From Christensenellales bacterium (GTDB taxonomy: Bacteria > Bacillota > Clostridia > Christensenellales > JBMNTT01): a DNA stretch of 64,000 nt. A program made the translations under genes and the position numbers. Positions within the stretch are counted from its first letter, which is position 1; every line of letters starts with the position of its first letter. A model generated the notes under the pieces. That model was not told the DNA's origin and did not search any database. It was given only the letters and a program-made list of their open reading frames with translations. Shown piece after piece: positions 35,015 through 45,378 of this stretch. The stretch is taken from the NCBI GenBank assembly GCA_050945875.1, contig JBMNTT010000003.1:47133-111132 (forward strand). The letters are read 5' to 3'.

Positions 35015-37000
35015 TTATTGGGGTTGTTCGGGCTGGGGTTCTGTGGGCGCGTCACCGGCAAGCGGCTGCTCCGGAGCCGGGCCTTCTTCAATCGGGCTGG
35101 GCTGAGCCGTCCGATGGTCCACATCCAGGCCGCGCATCAGATTATCGAACTGCTCGCCGTCGATCTTCTCCCGCTCGAGCAGAATCTGAGCGACCTGATG
35201 CACCCGCTCCCGGTTTTGGGTCAGGATATCGGTGCTGGTGCGGTAGGCGTTCTCCAGGATCGCCCGAACCTCCTCGTCGATCACCGCGGCCAAATCCTCA
35301 GAGTAGTTCTTGGCATGGCCAAAGTCCCGACCCAGGAAGACCTCCTGCTGCTCGCCACCATAGTACACCGGGCCGACCTTCTCGCTCATGCCGTACTCGA
35401 CCACCATCGACCGGGCGATGGCGCTGGCGCGCTGCAGGTCGTTGTAGGCGCCGGTGGAGATATCGTCCAGGAACAGGCTCTCAGCCACCCGGCCCCCCAG
35501 CAATTCGGCCACCAGGTCGAGCAGCTTTCCGCGGGTCATGTGCTGCTGATCCTCCTTGGGCAGGGTCATGGTGTAACCCGCGGCCATGCCCCGGGGAATG
35601 ATCGAGACCTCGTGCACCGGGTCGCAATGGGGCAATGTCCAGGAAACCACCGCATGGCCGACCTCATGGTAGGCGGTGCAGCGTTTATCCTCCTCGGTGA
35701 TCAGCCGGCTCTTCTTCTCCGGGCCGATCATCACGCGGGTGATGGCCTCCTCCAGCTCATTCATCGTGATGGTGCGCAGGCTGCGCCGGGCGGTGAGCAG
35801 CGCGGCCTCGTTGAGCGCGTTCTGCAGGTCCGCGCCCGTGAAGCCCGGGGTGCGCTTGGCCAGCACGCCCAGATTGACGCTGGGGTCCAAGGGCTTGTTG
35901 CGGGCATGCACCCGCAGGATAGCCTCGCGGCCCTTCATGTCCGGCGCGGTCACGGTGATCTGCCGGTCAAAGCGGCCGGGGCGCAGCAGCGCGGGGTCCA
36001 GGATATCCGGGCGGTTGGTGGCCGCCAGCACAATGATCCCCTCGTTGGTGGAGAAGCCGTCCATCTCCACGAGCAACTGGTTCAGGGTCTGCTCGCGCTC
36101 GTCATGCCCGCCACCCAGGCCCGCGCCGCGATGGCGGCCCACCGCGTCGATCTCGTCGATAAACAGAATACAGGGGGCGTTCTTCTTGGCCTGCTCAAAC
36201 ATGTCGCGCACGCGGGACGCGCCCACGCCCACGAACATCTCCACGAAATCCGATCCGCTGATGGAGAAGAAGGGTACGCCCGCCTCCCCGGCAACCGCCT
36301 TGGCCAGCAAAGTTTTGCCGGTACCCGGAGGGCCCACCAGCAGCACGCCGGTGGGAATCCGCGCGCCGACCTGGGTGAACTTGGCGGGGCTCTTGAGGAA
36401 ATCGACGATCTCCTTGAGCTCCTCCTTCTCCTCATCCGCCCCGGCCACATCCGCAAAGGTCACGTTGTTCTTGTTGCCCACGCTCATGCGCGCCCGGCTC
36501 TTGCCAAAGCTCATGGCCTTGTTGTTGGCGCCCTGGCTTTGCTGCATGGCGAAATACCAGAACACGCCCAATAGCACCGCCATGAGCACAAAGGGAATCA
36601 GCGTACTCCACCAGGGCACGCCCGCGGGCTCGGCGTAGGTCACCTTGAAGCCGAAATCCAGCGTGCTGGACGCGTCGGCCGCGTTCAGATCGCCCGCGCC
36701 CTTGATGGCCTTCAGGTCCAGATAGAACAGCTCCCGAGAGGGAATGTCCACGCTGAAGTCATACTGCTTTGGAAAGAGCTTGTCGTCCTTAACCGCACTG
36801 TCGCTAGCCTTCAGGCCGACCAGGTAGCGGTCCGTGACCAGCACCTCCTTGACGCTGCCCTCCTTGACCAGGGTCATCAGCTCGTCATAGGAGATCATGC
36901 GATCCTCCTGGTTGCTGGCCGAGCCAAAGAGCTGCACCATCAAAACGATCAACAGCAGCACCAGGATATAAAAACCTGGGCCGCGCAGAAATTTCTTCAA
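35015..37000 (-). CDS. ftsH: ATP-dependent zinc metalloprotease FtsH
   Basis: It has an AAA Walker A ([18 protein letters not shown]) and the zinc motif HEVGHAV. The start codon is TTG, preceded by a GAGAGGAGG RBS. Confidence 0.95.
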   Translation of the reverse strand: MKKFLRGPGFYILVLLLIVLMVQLFGSASNQEDRMISYDELMTLVKEGSVKEVLVTDRYLVGLKASDSAVKDDKLFPKQYDFSVDIPSRELFYLDLKAIKGAGDLNAADASSTLDFGFKVTYAEPAGVPWWSTLIPFVLMAVLLGVFWYFAMQQSQGANNKAMSFGKSRARMSVGNKNNVTFADVAGADEEKEELKEIVDFLKSPAKFTQVGARIPTGVLLVGPPGTGKTLLAKAVAGEAGVPFFSISGSDFVEMFVGVGASRVRDMFEQAKKNAPCILFIDEIDAVGRHRGAGLGGGHDEREQTLNQLLVEMDGFSTNEGIIVLAATNRPDILDPALLRPGRFDRQITVTAPDMKGREAILRVHARNKPLDPSVNLGVLAKRTPGFTGADLQNALNEAALLTARRSLRTITMNELEEAITRVMIGPEKKSRLITEEDKRCTAYHEVGHAVVSWTLPHCDPVHEVSIIPRGMAAGYTMTLPKEDQQHMTRGKLLDLVAELLGGRVAESLFLDDISTGAYNDLQRASAIARSMVVEYGMSEKVGPVYYGGEQQEVFLGRDFGHAKNYSEDLAAVIDEEVRAILENAYRTSTDILTQNRERVHQVAQILLEREKIDGEQFDNLMRGLDVDHRTAQPSPIEEGPAPEQPLAGDAPTEPQPEQPQ

Positions 37001-37054
37001 GCCGGTTTGATCCTCCTCTCACGGGAATCCGCACTGGTTTTCAGGGATTGAACC

Positions 37055-37083
37055 ATTATAGCACATCCGCCACGCCACCGCAA
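37055..37083 (-). promoter_or_regulatory. internal promoter TTGCGG-17-TATAAT upstream of ftsH
   Basis: Hexamers were read on the minus strand in the hpt-ftsH gap. Confidence 0.4.
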
Positions 37084-37096
37084 AGGCAGATGGACT

Positions 37097-37642
37097 TTAT
37101 TGATACGCCTCGGGCTTGAGCACCGAGATTTTGGGCAGGTTGCGGTATTTTCCGTCGTAGTCCATGCCGTATCCCACCACGAACATGTCCGGGATTTCAA
37201 AACCGATGTAGTCGGGCTCGATCTCCACCTTGCGGCGGGCGGGCTTGTCCAGCAGGCAGCAGGTCCTCACCGAGGCCGCGCCACGCCCCTGGACTTCCTC
37301 CACCAGGGCCTTGAGGGTCAGGCCGGTATCGACGATGTCGTCCACCAACAGCACATCCCGACCGGCGACATCCTCGCACAGGTCATACTTGATCTGTAGA
37401 TTGCCGGAGCTGACCATACCGCTGCCATAGCTGGAGGCCATCAGAAAATCCATCGTCACCGGCAGATCCACCGCTTTGATCAGATTGCCGTAAAAGATCA
37501 CCGCTCCCTTTAGAATACCCACCATCAGCAAATCCTTACCCGCATAATCCTGGGTAATTTGCTGGCCCATCTCCTTGATGCGCTGACTGATCTGCTTGCC
37601 GCTAAAGAGCGTCTTGGCCAAATCCTGATCCATGATCCCCAT
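37097..37642 (-). CDS. hpt: hypoxanthine phosphoribosyltransferase
   Basis: The sequence runs MDQDLAKTLFSGKQISQRIKEMG...LLVDDIVDTGLTL. The start may be the Met at 37642 or the one at 37633. Confidence 0.88.
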   Translation of the reverse strand: MGIMDQDLAKTLFSGKQISQRIKEMGQQITQDYAGKDLLMVGILKGAVIFYGNLIKAVDLPVTMDFLMASSYGSGMVSSGNLQIKYDLCEDVAGRDVLLVDDIVDTGLTLKALVEEVQGRGAASVRTCCLLDKPARRKVEIEPDYIGFEIPDMFVVGYGMDYDGKYRNLPKISVLKPEAYQ

Positions 37643-37684
37643 GTTCCATTCCCATCCCATCCGGGCGCAAGCCCATTTTTTTCT

Positions 37685-39025
37685 TTAGGTATCGATCCAC
37701 AGAAAGACGCGCGCGCCCGGTCGGGCGACCACCGCGTCGTCCACGGCCATTGGAATCATCCACAGCACGTGCCGGCCCCGGGCCAGCACCGGCGTGTGCG
37801 CCCGCTCCCGGCGATCCACCTTGCGATCTGTGAAATAATCCGAGAGTTTCTTGCGGCCTACGCCGGTCAGGGTAATCCAATCCCCGGGCTCCGGATATCG
37901 CAGCACCGCGCCCAGACCGACGCGCTCGGCGTCCACGCAGACACCGCCGGGCCGACGCACACCACCGGAGACGACGATGCAAACCGCGCCGAGGCAGTAG
38001 CGTCCCGCCCCGGTAAAGGGGATCGGCTGGGGAGTCGGCGGGAGCTGCTCGGGCTCCAGCACGCGGCTGTATCCCGTCACCCGCAAGCGCACGCCGCCGC
38101 CCAAACTCACCCCGCCGGGTCGTCCGCTCCTGATGAGGTCCATTGCCCGGGAAATGCTCGCTTGCTCCGCCATGCACCCCAGCCGCGCGCACCCCAGGCG
38201 CAGCGCGCGGCTGGCGATGGGACCGGGCAACCGGGCAAACCCCGGCGCGAGGGCAAAAGCGCCATAAAAAGGGCGGACGTTTTGATCGAACGATTGTTCA
38301 GCGATCTGATCCAAGTAATCCGCATCCTCAGCGAGCAAGCCCGCCGCCCGGGCAACAGCCCGCGCGCTACCGGGGCGGAGCCGCTCCATCACGGGCAACA
38401 GCTCATGGCGCACGCGGTTGCGCAGATAGGCGTTCCCGGCGTTGGTCTCATCCTCGACGAAGGATAGATTGTGTGTTCGGCAGTAGGCATCGATCTCCTC
38501 CCGGGATACGGTCAGCAGCGGCCGCAGCAGCCCATCCGATCGCGCCGGCCGCATCGCGGATAAGCCAGAGAGCCCTGCCCCGCGCATCAGCTGCAGCAGC
38601 AGGGTCTCCGCCTGATCCGAGGCATGGTGGGCCGTGAGCACCGCCTGGGCGCGGCTCTGGCGCATCACCTCGGCCAGAAAAGCGTAGCGCGCCCGCCGGG
38701 CCGCGGCCTCCAATCCCTCGCCGCTTTTCGCCCGATGCCCAAGCGTCACCGCCCGGATCCACAGCGGCACGCCATGGCGCGCGCACAGCGCGGCCACGAA
38801 CTCCTCATCCCGCCGGGCGTTGGGGCGCAGGCCATGGTTCATGTGCGCCGCCAGCAGGGTGAAGCCTGCTCGCTCCCGCAGACGGATCAACACATCCAGC
38901 AGCGCCACGGAGTCCCGCCCGCCGGACAGGGCCAGCACCAGGGTGCAGCCGGGCCTGAGCAGGTCCCGCTGGGTCAAGAGCGCAGCCACCGGCTCGAGCA
39001 AGGCGACACCTCCCTCACAATCCAT
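37685..39025 (-). CDS. tilS: tRNA(Ile)-lysidine synthetase
   Basis: It has a PP-loop (LVLALSGGRDSVALL) and sits in the conserved tilS-hpt-ftsH arrangement. Confidence 0.88.
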   Translation of the reverse strand: MDCEGGVALLEPVAALLTQRDLLRPGCTLVLALSGGRDSVALLDVLIRLRERAGFTLLAAHMNHGLRPNARRDEEFVAALCARHGVPLWIRAVTLGHRAKSGEGLEAAARRARYAFLAEVMRQSRAQAVLTAHHASDQAETLLLQLMRGAGLSGLSAMRPARSDGLLRPLLTVSREEIDAYCRTHNLSFVEDETNAGNAYLRNRVRHELLPVMERLRPGSARAVARAAGLLAEDADYLDQIAEQSFDQNVRPFYGAFALAPGFARLPGPIASRALRLGCARLGCMAEQASISRAMDLIRSGRPGGVSLGGGVRLRVTGYSRVLEPEQLPPTPQPIPFTGAGRYCLGAVCIVVSGGVRRPGGVCVDAERVGLGAVLRYPEPGDWITLTGVGRKKLSDYFTDRKVDRRERAHTPVLARGRHVLWMIPMAVDDAVVARPGARVFLWIDT

Positions 39026-39087
39026 TTTATTCTAATGCTTTTATGCGGGGATTTCAAGGCGACAAGGCCTGGCACATTGGGGCTTTT

Positions 39088-39609
39088 TTATGAACAATTC
39101 CCGGTTTGTGCGAGGATTTGGCGTAGGGCGAGGGCGGTCTGTTCCACCGTCAGGTCGGTCACATCCAGGCAGGGCCAGTTCAGCCCTTCATAGGGCGACC
39201 GACTGTTGGCCAAGCCCCGCCACACCCGCGCCTCATCCCGCCCGTCGCGCCGGGCCCTGCGCAGGTTCTCCGCCCACGAGCAGGTCATCACGATCGGGCG
39301 ATAGTCAAAGGGTCCGGATCGCCGCCCCACCTCATCCAGCACCGCCTGGAGCACCCCGGCGCGGTGCCCGTGCAGACCGTAGACCAGGAGGACGTCCCGT
39401 ACTTCGGGACAGGCCAGATAGTTACAGATCAAATCGCACAAATTGCGTCGCTGGGTCTCAATCACCGCCTCGGGGAACCCCGCGCAGGCAATCATGCGGC
39501 ACTGGTCCGCATCCACCAGGGCGCTGCCCGCCATCTGATCATACAACGCCCGCGCGGCGGTGGATTTGCCAATCCCGTTGGGCCCGCAGAGAAAAATCAG
39601 CCGTTTCAT
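39088..39609 (-). CDS. P-loop NTPase / small-molecule kinase-like protein
   Basis: The N-terminus MKRLIFLCGPNGIGKST carries a Walker A motif. The ATG at 39609 has a GGAGGGGG RBS, whereas the track starts the ORF at the GTG at 39615. Confidence 0.6.
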   Translation of the reverse strand: MKRLIFLCGPNGIGKSTAARALYDQMAGSALVDADQCRMIACAGFPEAVIETQRRNLCDLICNYLACPEVRDVLLVYGLHGHRAGVLQAVLDEVGRRSGPFDYRPIVMTCSWAENLRRARRDGRDEARVWRGLANSRSPYEGLNWPCLDVTDLTVEQTALALRQILAQTGNCS

Positions 39610-39650
39610 GAGCACACCCCCTCCGCCCCATCATAGCATGACCGCGGGCA

Positions 39651-39683
39651 AAGCAAAAGCGGGATGGACGCGCCCATCCCGCT
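39651..39683 (-). terminator. second of two tandem terminators between spoIIE and the P-loop gene
   Basis: The hairpin AGCGGGAUGG-loop-CCAUCCCGCU is followed by UUUGCUUUG on the minus strand. Confidence 0.6.
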
Positions 39684-39766
39684 GCGAGGCGAATTAGCCA
39701 CAGGCCGGATCGTCGGAATCGGCGCTAACCCCCAGAAAAGACCGATTTTCGCATCCTTGGGGTACG

Positions 39767-39798
39767 CAAAACCCCCGTCCTTTGCACAGGACGGGGGT
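39767..39798 (-). terminator. intrinsic terminator after spoIIE
   Basis: The hairpin CCCCCGUCC-loop-GGACGGGGG is followed by UUUUG on the minus strand. Confidence 0.75.
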
Positions 39799-39804
39799 GA
39801 AAGG

Positions 39805-42207
39805 TTAACCGGCCTTGCGGTCGGCCAGGGGAACATCGAGGTTCTCCCGGCGGGCTTTTTGGGATTGGACCTTGCCGACCATGACGGTCATGTCGTCCCC
39901 GGCCGCGCCGCCCCAGCGCATCAGCGCCTCCTCAAGGATTTCCTCGCTGAGCTGCTGGGGATCAGTGGTCAGGCTCTCCTCGAGCAGGTCGGTCAGCCAG
40001 GCGCCCTCGGGATCGCCGCCGGACTCCAGGATGCCGTCGCTGACCAGGATGACCATCTCGTCGTGGCGCAGCTTGCGGCGGAAAGCGTCAGGCTGTACTT
40101 GCTCGAGAATGCCCATGGGCAGGGACTCGCCCTGGATGCGCTCGACATGGTTGCCCCGCTTGATCAGCGAGGCCGCGCTGCCGATCTTGATAAAGTCCAT
40201 CCAGCCCTCCACGAGGTTAAACAGGCAGAGGTCGGCGGTGGCAAACATTTCGTCCGCGCTGCGAAAGAGCAATACCTGATTGACGACGCTGAAAATCACG
40301 TCGTGGGCGAAACCCGCCTCATGCAGACTCTTGAGCAGGGCAATGGTAGCCTCGCTCTCCTGGCCGGCGCGCTCGCCGCTGCCCATGCCGTCGCTGATGG
40401 CCATCATGAGCTTGCCACCCGCCAGGGGATGGGTGCAGCAGCTGTCCCCGCAGACCACGCCGCCCTGCTTGCGCACCTGGCTGACGCCCACCTGCACGGC
40501 ATACTCCTGCTCCAATTCATAGGTCTGCACGCAGCCGCCCTTGCCGTCGGCGGTACAGCCGCTGACGCAGCGCATCCGGTGCCCTACCATGGCCGACACG
40601 GCCTCCAGCTCAATGCGCTGGCAGGAGTGCTGGCCCCTGCAGTTGGGCCGGGTAACCTGCACCACCACCCGCCCGTCGCTTCCCCGCTGCACCGACACCT
40701 GCTTGGCGCGGATGCCATGGCGGTCGAGTTCGCCCCGGATGGCCTGGGCGGTCTCAGGTTGGGGTTCCATCTGCACGTCCATCTCCCCAGCCATGTCCCG
40801 CATCACCCGGGATACGCCCTCGAGCTGGCGCACCACCAGCGCCCGGCACTCGGAGAGCCGCTCGCGCCACTGGCGGGAGATGCAGTAGCGCGCAAAGCCG
40901 TCGCGCGCGCCCTGGAGTAGCTGCTCGCTGCGCAGGCACTTGCGCTTGAGCGCGTCGGGCAGGTGTTGCTCCATCAGCTCGCCCGCCGCGTCCGCATCGC
41001 CGAGCATCTGGGCGAAGCAAGCCTGGGTGTCCGCTCGCTCCCGCTTCCAGCAGCAGCTCCACAGGGCGCACCCGGAGCACACCTGCTCGCTGACCGCCTC
41101 GACCATCTGATCCATGCGCACCTGCTCGGGGACTTGTCCCTGGCCGGAAAGGTTGTCAAACAGGCCGGAGAGCTGGGCGAACACCTCGGAGAAGCTCTTG
41201 AGCCGCTCCACCGTAGCCTGCTGGAGTTGGCGCGAGGTGGACTGTTGCTCAACCTGACGCTTCATCTGCCCGTTGAGGCGCTTGCGCAGGGCCTCCAGGG
41301 TGGTCTTGGGCAACAGCAGCACCAACCCGGCGGCCACCGCCAGATCGCCGTAGCTGACCAGGATGGCGGTGAAGTTGTTCAGATAAAAGGTCATCACCGT
41401 GTTGCCGACCGCCAGGCCCAGCAGCGCCCCCCAACGGCCCCAGCTGCGAAAGCAGCCGCTGAGCAGCCCGCAGATAGCCAGATTGCCCACCAGGAAGGGC
41501 GCTTGTGCGCCGCCTTGCCCTCCCAGGGCCAGCACCAGCCCCATCAGCGCCCCGGCCCCCGCGCCGCCGGACGCGCCAGTGAGCACCGCCGTGAGCAAGA
41601 TGACCGCCAGCGCCAGGATCATGCGGATGCTCATCGGCCCGATCGTCAGCGGCCCCAGGCCGATCAGCACCGCCGAGGCCAGCATCGCAAAGCACACCAT
41701 CTCCTCCCGGGTGATCAGCGTGCGGCGGCGAAACCGCGCGATCAGCGAGACCGCGCTGACCAGGGGCACCACCAGCGCCGCCGCCAGCAGGGCCTCGAGT
41801 CCCTGGCCGATGCGGTCGAGCAGCAATCCGCTGCCCAATAGATAGCTGCTGAGCACCAAGGCGGCCCCGGTGGCCGCCACCCCCAGCCACACCGGCATCT
41901 TGCGGCCCAGTTGGCCGCAGCTCCAGTGAACCAGCGCCAGCAGCGCGATAGCCACCGCCCGGTAGAGTCCGCCGGGCATGGCGATGCACCCCAGCAGCGC
42001 ACCGGCGAACATCGGCCAGTAAAAGCGTCCCATCAGGCAGCAGGCGGCGCACAGCGCGATGCCAAAGGGCGCGATCTGCCCTAGCAGCAGCGCACGCCCG
42101 CACACCACGCCCAGTCCCATCCAGCAGGCCTGTCCCATCCAATATTTGACGCCCTTGTCCGTATGTGCACGGAGCTTGCCGAACCACTTGATCGGCTGTT
42201 CCATCAT
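39805..42207 (-). CDS. spoIIE: stage II sporulation protein E (polytopic membrane domain plus PP2C phosphatase)
   Basis: About 10 TM helices at the N-terminus are followed by a C-terminal PP2C domain (...MMAISDGMGSGERAGQES...LVSDGILE...GDDMTV). The start is the MMEQPIKW Met pair (GGAGAGGGG RBS). Confidence 0.88.
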   Translation of the reverse strand: MMEQPIKWFGKLRAHTDKGVKYWMGQACWMGLGVVCGRALLLGQIAPFGIALCAACCLMGRFYWPMFAGALLGCIAMPGGLYRAVAIALLALVHWSCGQLGRKMPVWLGVAATGAALVLSSYLLGSGLLLDRIGQGLEALLAAALVVPLVSAVSLIARFRRRTLITREEMVCFAMLASAVLIGLGPLTIGPMSIRMILALAVILLTAVLTGASGGAGAGALMGLVLALGGQGGAQAPFLVGNLAICGLLSGCFRSWGRWGALLGLAVGNTVMTFYLNNFTAILVSYGDLAVAAGLVLLLPKTTLEALRKRLNGQMKRQVEQQSTSRQLQQATVERLKSFSEVFAQLSGLFDNLSGQGQVPEQVRMDQMVEAVSEQVCSGCALWSCCWKRERADTQACFAQMLGDADAAGELMEQHLPDALKRKCLRSEQLLQGARDGFARYCISRQWRERLSECRALVVRQLEGVSRVMRDMAGEMDVQMEPQPETAQAIRGELDRHGIRAKQVSVQRGSDGRVVVQVTRPNCRGQHSCQRIELEAVSAMVGHRMRCVSGCTADGKGGCVQTYELEQEYAVQVGVSQVRKQGGVVCGDSCCTHPLAGGKLMMAISDGMGSGERAGQESEATIALLKSLHEAGFAHDVIFSVVNQVLLFRSADEMFATADLCLFNLVEGWMDFIKIGSAASLIKRGNHVERIQGESLPMGILEQVQPDAFRRKLRHDEMVILVSDGILESGGDPEGAWLTDLLEESLTTDPQQLSEEILEEALMRWGGAAGDDMTVMVGKVQSQKARRENLDVPLADRKAG

Positions 42208-42249
42208 CCCGACACCCCTCTCCACCGGGGACAAGCCCCCAGTAGGGCC

Positions 42250-42283
42250 ATTATACAAAGGCGCGGGCGCGCGCCCCGTCGAA
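42250..42283 (-). promoter_or_regulatory. spoIIE promoter: TATAAT -10, no canonical -35, and a Spo0A-box-like CGTCGAA about 22 nt upstream
   Basis: The -10 lies at 42250..42255 (minus strand). The GTCGAA core lies at 42278..42283. Confidence 0.4.
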
Positions 42284-42379
42284 GCGCGCGGAGAAAAAGA
42301 ACAGCCGCCTGACAGCATCCGTCCAAAAAGCGCACGGGAGGCGGCCCATCAGGCCGTCTCCCGCCGATTTCTTGTCAGA

Positions 42380-43525
42380 TTATCGCTGATAGACCAACTG
42401 GCCGTCGATATAGGTGCGCGATACGCGCAGCTGGCTGTCCATCAGGACCAAGTCGGCCTGGTAACCCGGGCGGATGTCGCCGAGCTGATGCTCCAGCTTG
42501 ATCTGGCGCGCGGGCACGGTGGTGAGCATGGGCACCACCTGTTCGATGGGCATCCCCAGGGTGTTCACCAGGTTGCGCAGGCCCTGATCCAGGGTCAGGG
42601 TACTGCCGGCGATGGTGACGCCGTCCTCAAGGTATCCCACGCCGCCGCGCACAATCACCTTCTGGCCAATGGTCGTATACTCGCCCTCGGGCATGCCCGC
42701 CGCAGCCAGGGAGTCGGACACCATCAGGCAGTTGTCCACGCCCTTGGCGGTGATGGCCAGGCGCACCGCGCCGGGGTGCAGGTGGATGAAGTCGCAGATC
42801 AGCTCGGCCTTGACCCGGGGATCGGTCAAGGTGTACCCTGCCAGACCGGGCTTGCGGTGGTGGATGGGCAGCATGCCGTTGAACAGGTGGGTGGCCTGGG
42901 TCATACCCCAGTCCGCCCCAGCCCGGGCCTGCTCGTAGGTGGCGATGGAGTGGCCCATGGACAGGGTAACGCCCCTATCCAACAGGCGCTCGGCCATCTG
43001 CTGCGCGCCGGGCAGCTCCGGCGCCATGGCCATCAGCTTGACCAGCGCGCCATGGGGGCCGACGCTGCGCTGAAAAATCTCCCAGCAGGGATGGACGCAG
43101 CAGGCCTCCCGCTGCGCGCCCCGCTTCTCCGGGTGGAAGAAGGGGCCCTCCATGTGCACGCCGAGGACCTTGGCGCCCACCGGGCCTTCCTCGAGATAGC
43201 TGGCCAGAAAGTCGAACACCGGGCGCACCTCCTCGGGGTAGGAAGCCGCCAGGGTGGGCAGATAGCCCGTCACGCCGTGGCTGGCGTAGGCCGCGCCCAT
43301 GGCGTCATAGGCCTCCCGGGTGGGCTGGGCGCTCTCGTAGCCCGCGATGCCGTGGGTATGCAGGTCGATGAAGCCCGGCAGCAGGTACGCGCCGGTACAG
43401 TCCACCGCCTCGCCCGCCAGGCTGCCCGCCTCCCCCATGGCGGCGATCCGGTCACCCGCCACCGCCACGTCCAGCGAGCGCATCTGTCCCTGGGTATAGA
43501 CCTTGGCGCCTCGGAAAATCTTCAT
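42380..43525 (-). CDS. nagA: N-acetylglucosamine-6-phosphate deacetylase
   Basis: It contains LLPGFIDLHTHG... and fits the amidohydrolase fold at 381 aa. It overlaps the cca stop by 4 nt. Confidence 0.88.
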   Translation of the reverse strand: MKIFRGAKVYTQGQMRSLDVAVAGDRIAAMGEAGSLAGEAVDCTGAYLLPGFIDLHTHGIAGYESAQPTREAYDAMGAAYASHGVTGYLPTLAASYPEEVRPVFDFLASYLEEGPVGAKVLGVHMEGPFFHPEKRGAQREACCVHPCWEIFQRSVGPHGALVKLMAMAPELPGAQQMAERLLDRGVTLSMGHSIATYEQARAGADWGMTQATHLFNGMLPIHHRKPGLAGYTLTDPRVKAELICDFIHLHPGAVRLAITAKGVDNCLMVSDSLAAAGMPEGEYTTIGQKVIVRGGVGYLEDGVTIAGSTLTLDQGLRNLVNTLGMPIEQVVPMLTTVPARQIKLEHQLGDIRPGYQADLVLMDSQLRVSRTYIDGQLVYQR

Positions 43526-44940
43526 GTCGTTGACTCCTTTTTGTCAGTTTTGGGTAGATAGCCCCGCGCCAGACGCAGCAGGCGCTCGGGCCGGTTGTCC
43601 TGGGGATGGTTTGCGCAGTGCAGATAGAGTTTCTCCAGCAGCGCGCCGACCTCGGGCCCCGGGGATAGCCCGAGCCGACCGAGGAGCTCGCGCCCGGTAA
43701 CCGCCAACTGTCCCCGGCTGAAGGGCACCTGCTGGGCGATCATCTCGCCCAGGATGCGCCGCCAGCGCCGGGCCTCGCCCCTGCGGATGCCCGAGCCCGT
43801 GATGTCCCCCTCCCGCAGCAGCACCAGGTCCCAGCTGTTCGCCAGGCCCAGCCGCAGGAAAAAGCGGCGCAGGGTGCTGTCCTTGGCGGTGCCGCTGATG
43901 TCGTACATGTGGTTGCGGATCAACCGGGCCACGCGGTCCACCGTCACCCGGTCGTAGCGCAATCCGCCCTGCCCCAGGCGGCTGCGGGCCAAAGCCTCCC
44001 CCACCCGCATGTGGTCCAGATAGCAGCCGCTCTCCCGGCGGCAGGCAGGCTTACCCAAGTCGTGGACCAGTCCGGCCAGGCGCAGGGGTAACACCGGCGG
44101 CATGGCCGCGCAGGTGCGCAGTTGGTGCTCGAGCACGTCGTAGGCATGGTAATCCGGCCGCTGGTCCATCCTCGCCCCCTCCAGCAGTTCGGGCAGGATG
44201 TGGCCCATCAGCCCGCCCGCGATCAGCAGATGCAATCCCTTGAGCGGACCCCGCTCGCCGCCGCGCATGGGATACGCGTCGTCGGAGAGCAGGATTTTGG
44301 AGAACTCCACCTGGACGCGCTCGGCTTTGACATCGGCCAGGTTGTCCCGATAGTCCAACAAAGCCTGCCAGCTGTCCGGGTCGATGTCCATGCCCAGCTG
44401 GCTGGCGAACCGCACGGCCCGCATCAGCCGCAATCCATCCTGAGAAAAAATGATCTCGGGCCGGTCGGCAGCCACCAATCGGCCCTGCCGCAGATGCTCC
44501 AGTCCGCCCAGGGGATCTAGCAACTCGCCGGTTCCCATGTGGGCGTAGATCGCATTGAGGGTGAAATCCCGCCGCCGGGCGTCCTGTTCGAGGCTCTCGG
44601 TAAAGGTGACGCGGTCAGGTCTGTGTCCGCCGCCGGGGCGATAGCTGTCCTGCCGCAGGGTGGTGTACTCGACGATCTGGCGGCCCTGAGGGCTAGGCAA
44701 GTGAATTTCCACCGTGCCAAAATCCATGGCCCGGGGGATCACGGTGAATCCCGCCGCGCCCAGACGGTCCGCCACCGATTGCGGCAGCGCCGGGCCGCAG
44801 GCGTCCAGATCGCTCGCCGGCAGGCCTAGCAGCCGGTTGCGCACACAGCCGCCCACCAGATAGACAGGCTGCCCCCAGCGGGCAAAAACGTCCGCCAGGG
44901 GCAGCAAAAATTCAGGAATCAGGATTTTGGTCTGCATCAT
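43522..44940 (-). CDS. cca: CCA-adding tRNA nucleotidyltransferase / poly(A) polymerase family protein with HD domain
   Basis: The N-terminus reads MMQTKILIPE...VYLVGGCVRNRLLGLPASDLD, and LVHDLGKP is also present. The start ATG overlaps the upstream stop codon (ATGA). Confidence 0.8.
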   Translation of the reverse strand: MMQTKILIPEFLLPLADVFARWGQPVYLVGGCVRNRLLGLPASDLDACGPALPQSVADRLGAAGFTVIPRAMDFGTVEIHLPSPQGRQIVEYTTLRQDSYRPGGGHRPDRVTFTESLEQDARRRDFTLNAIYAHMGTGELLDPLGGLEHLRQGRLVAADRPEIIFSQDGLRLMRAVRFASQLGMDIDPDSWQALLDYRDNLADVKAERVQVEFSKILLSDDAYPMRGGERGPLKGLHLLIAGGLMGHILPELLEGARMDQRPDYHAYDVLEHQLRTCAAMPPVLPLRLAGLVHDLGKPACRRESGCYLDHMRVGEALARSRLGQGGLRYDRVTVDRVARLIRNHMYDISGTAKDSTLRRFFLRLGLANSWDLVLLREGDITGSGIRRGEARRWRRILGEMIAQQVPFSRGQLAVTGRELLGRLGLSPGPEVGALLEKLYLHCANHPQDNRPERLLRLARGYLPKTDKKESTT

Positions 44941-45299
44941 TCCGGCACCTTGGGGTTGGGATAGTGGGATTCCATATTCTTGATCTCCACATGGATGATG
45001 AAGTTGAGCAGCGCCCGCAGGGCGATAATCGCCGCCACGATGCCGATCTCCTGCCAATCCCGCACCATGACGGTACGCAGGATCTCCCCGCCCAGCTTGA
45101 ACTCCAGGCCCAACGCCAGGGATTTGGCAAAGGCCAACCGGGTGATGGCGCTGTCGCTCTTGCTGTTGCGCAGGTTACGGATATAGCGGCAGAAAGCCCG
45201 AACCGAGGCGATCAAGATCACAACGACACCCATGGCTTCCAAGCCATAGATCGTGTACTGCACGAACTGATTGAAGATATTGTGAATGATCTCCCCCAT
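44937..45299 (-). CDS. small membrane protein (DUF1622-like)
   Basis: The 120-aa protein has 2-3 TM helices and the motif AFAKSLALGLEFKLGGEILRTV. The family assignment is from memory. Confidence 0.6.
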   Translation of the reverse strand: MGEIIHNIFNQFVQYTIYGLEAMGVVVILIASVRAFCRYIRNLRNSKSDSAITRLAFAKSLALGLEFKLGGEILRTVMVRDWQEIGIVAAIIALRALLNFIIHVEIKNMESHYPNPKVPE

Positions 45300-45378
45300 G
45301 GTCCTCTCCTCCCTAACGCCGCGCTTTGGCCTCCCTATCGGTTATAACATGGATCGACGGGTTTCGTCAACTCCATCA

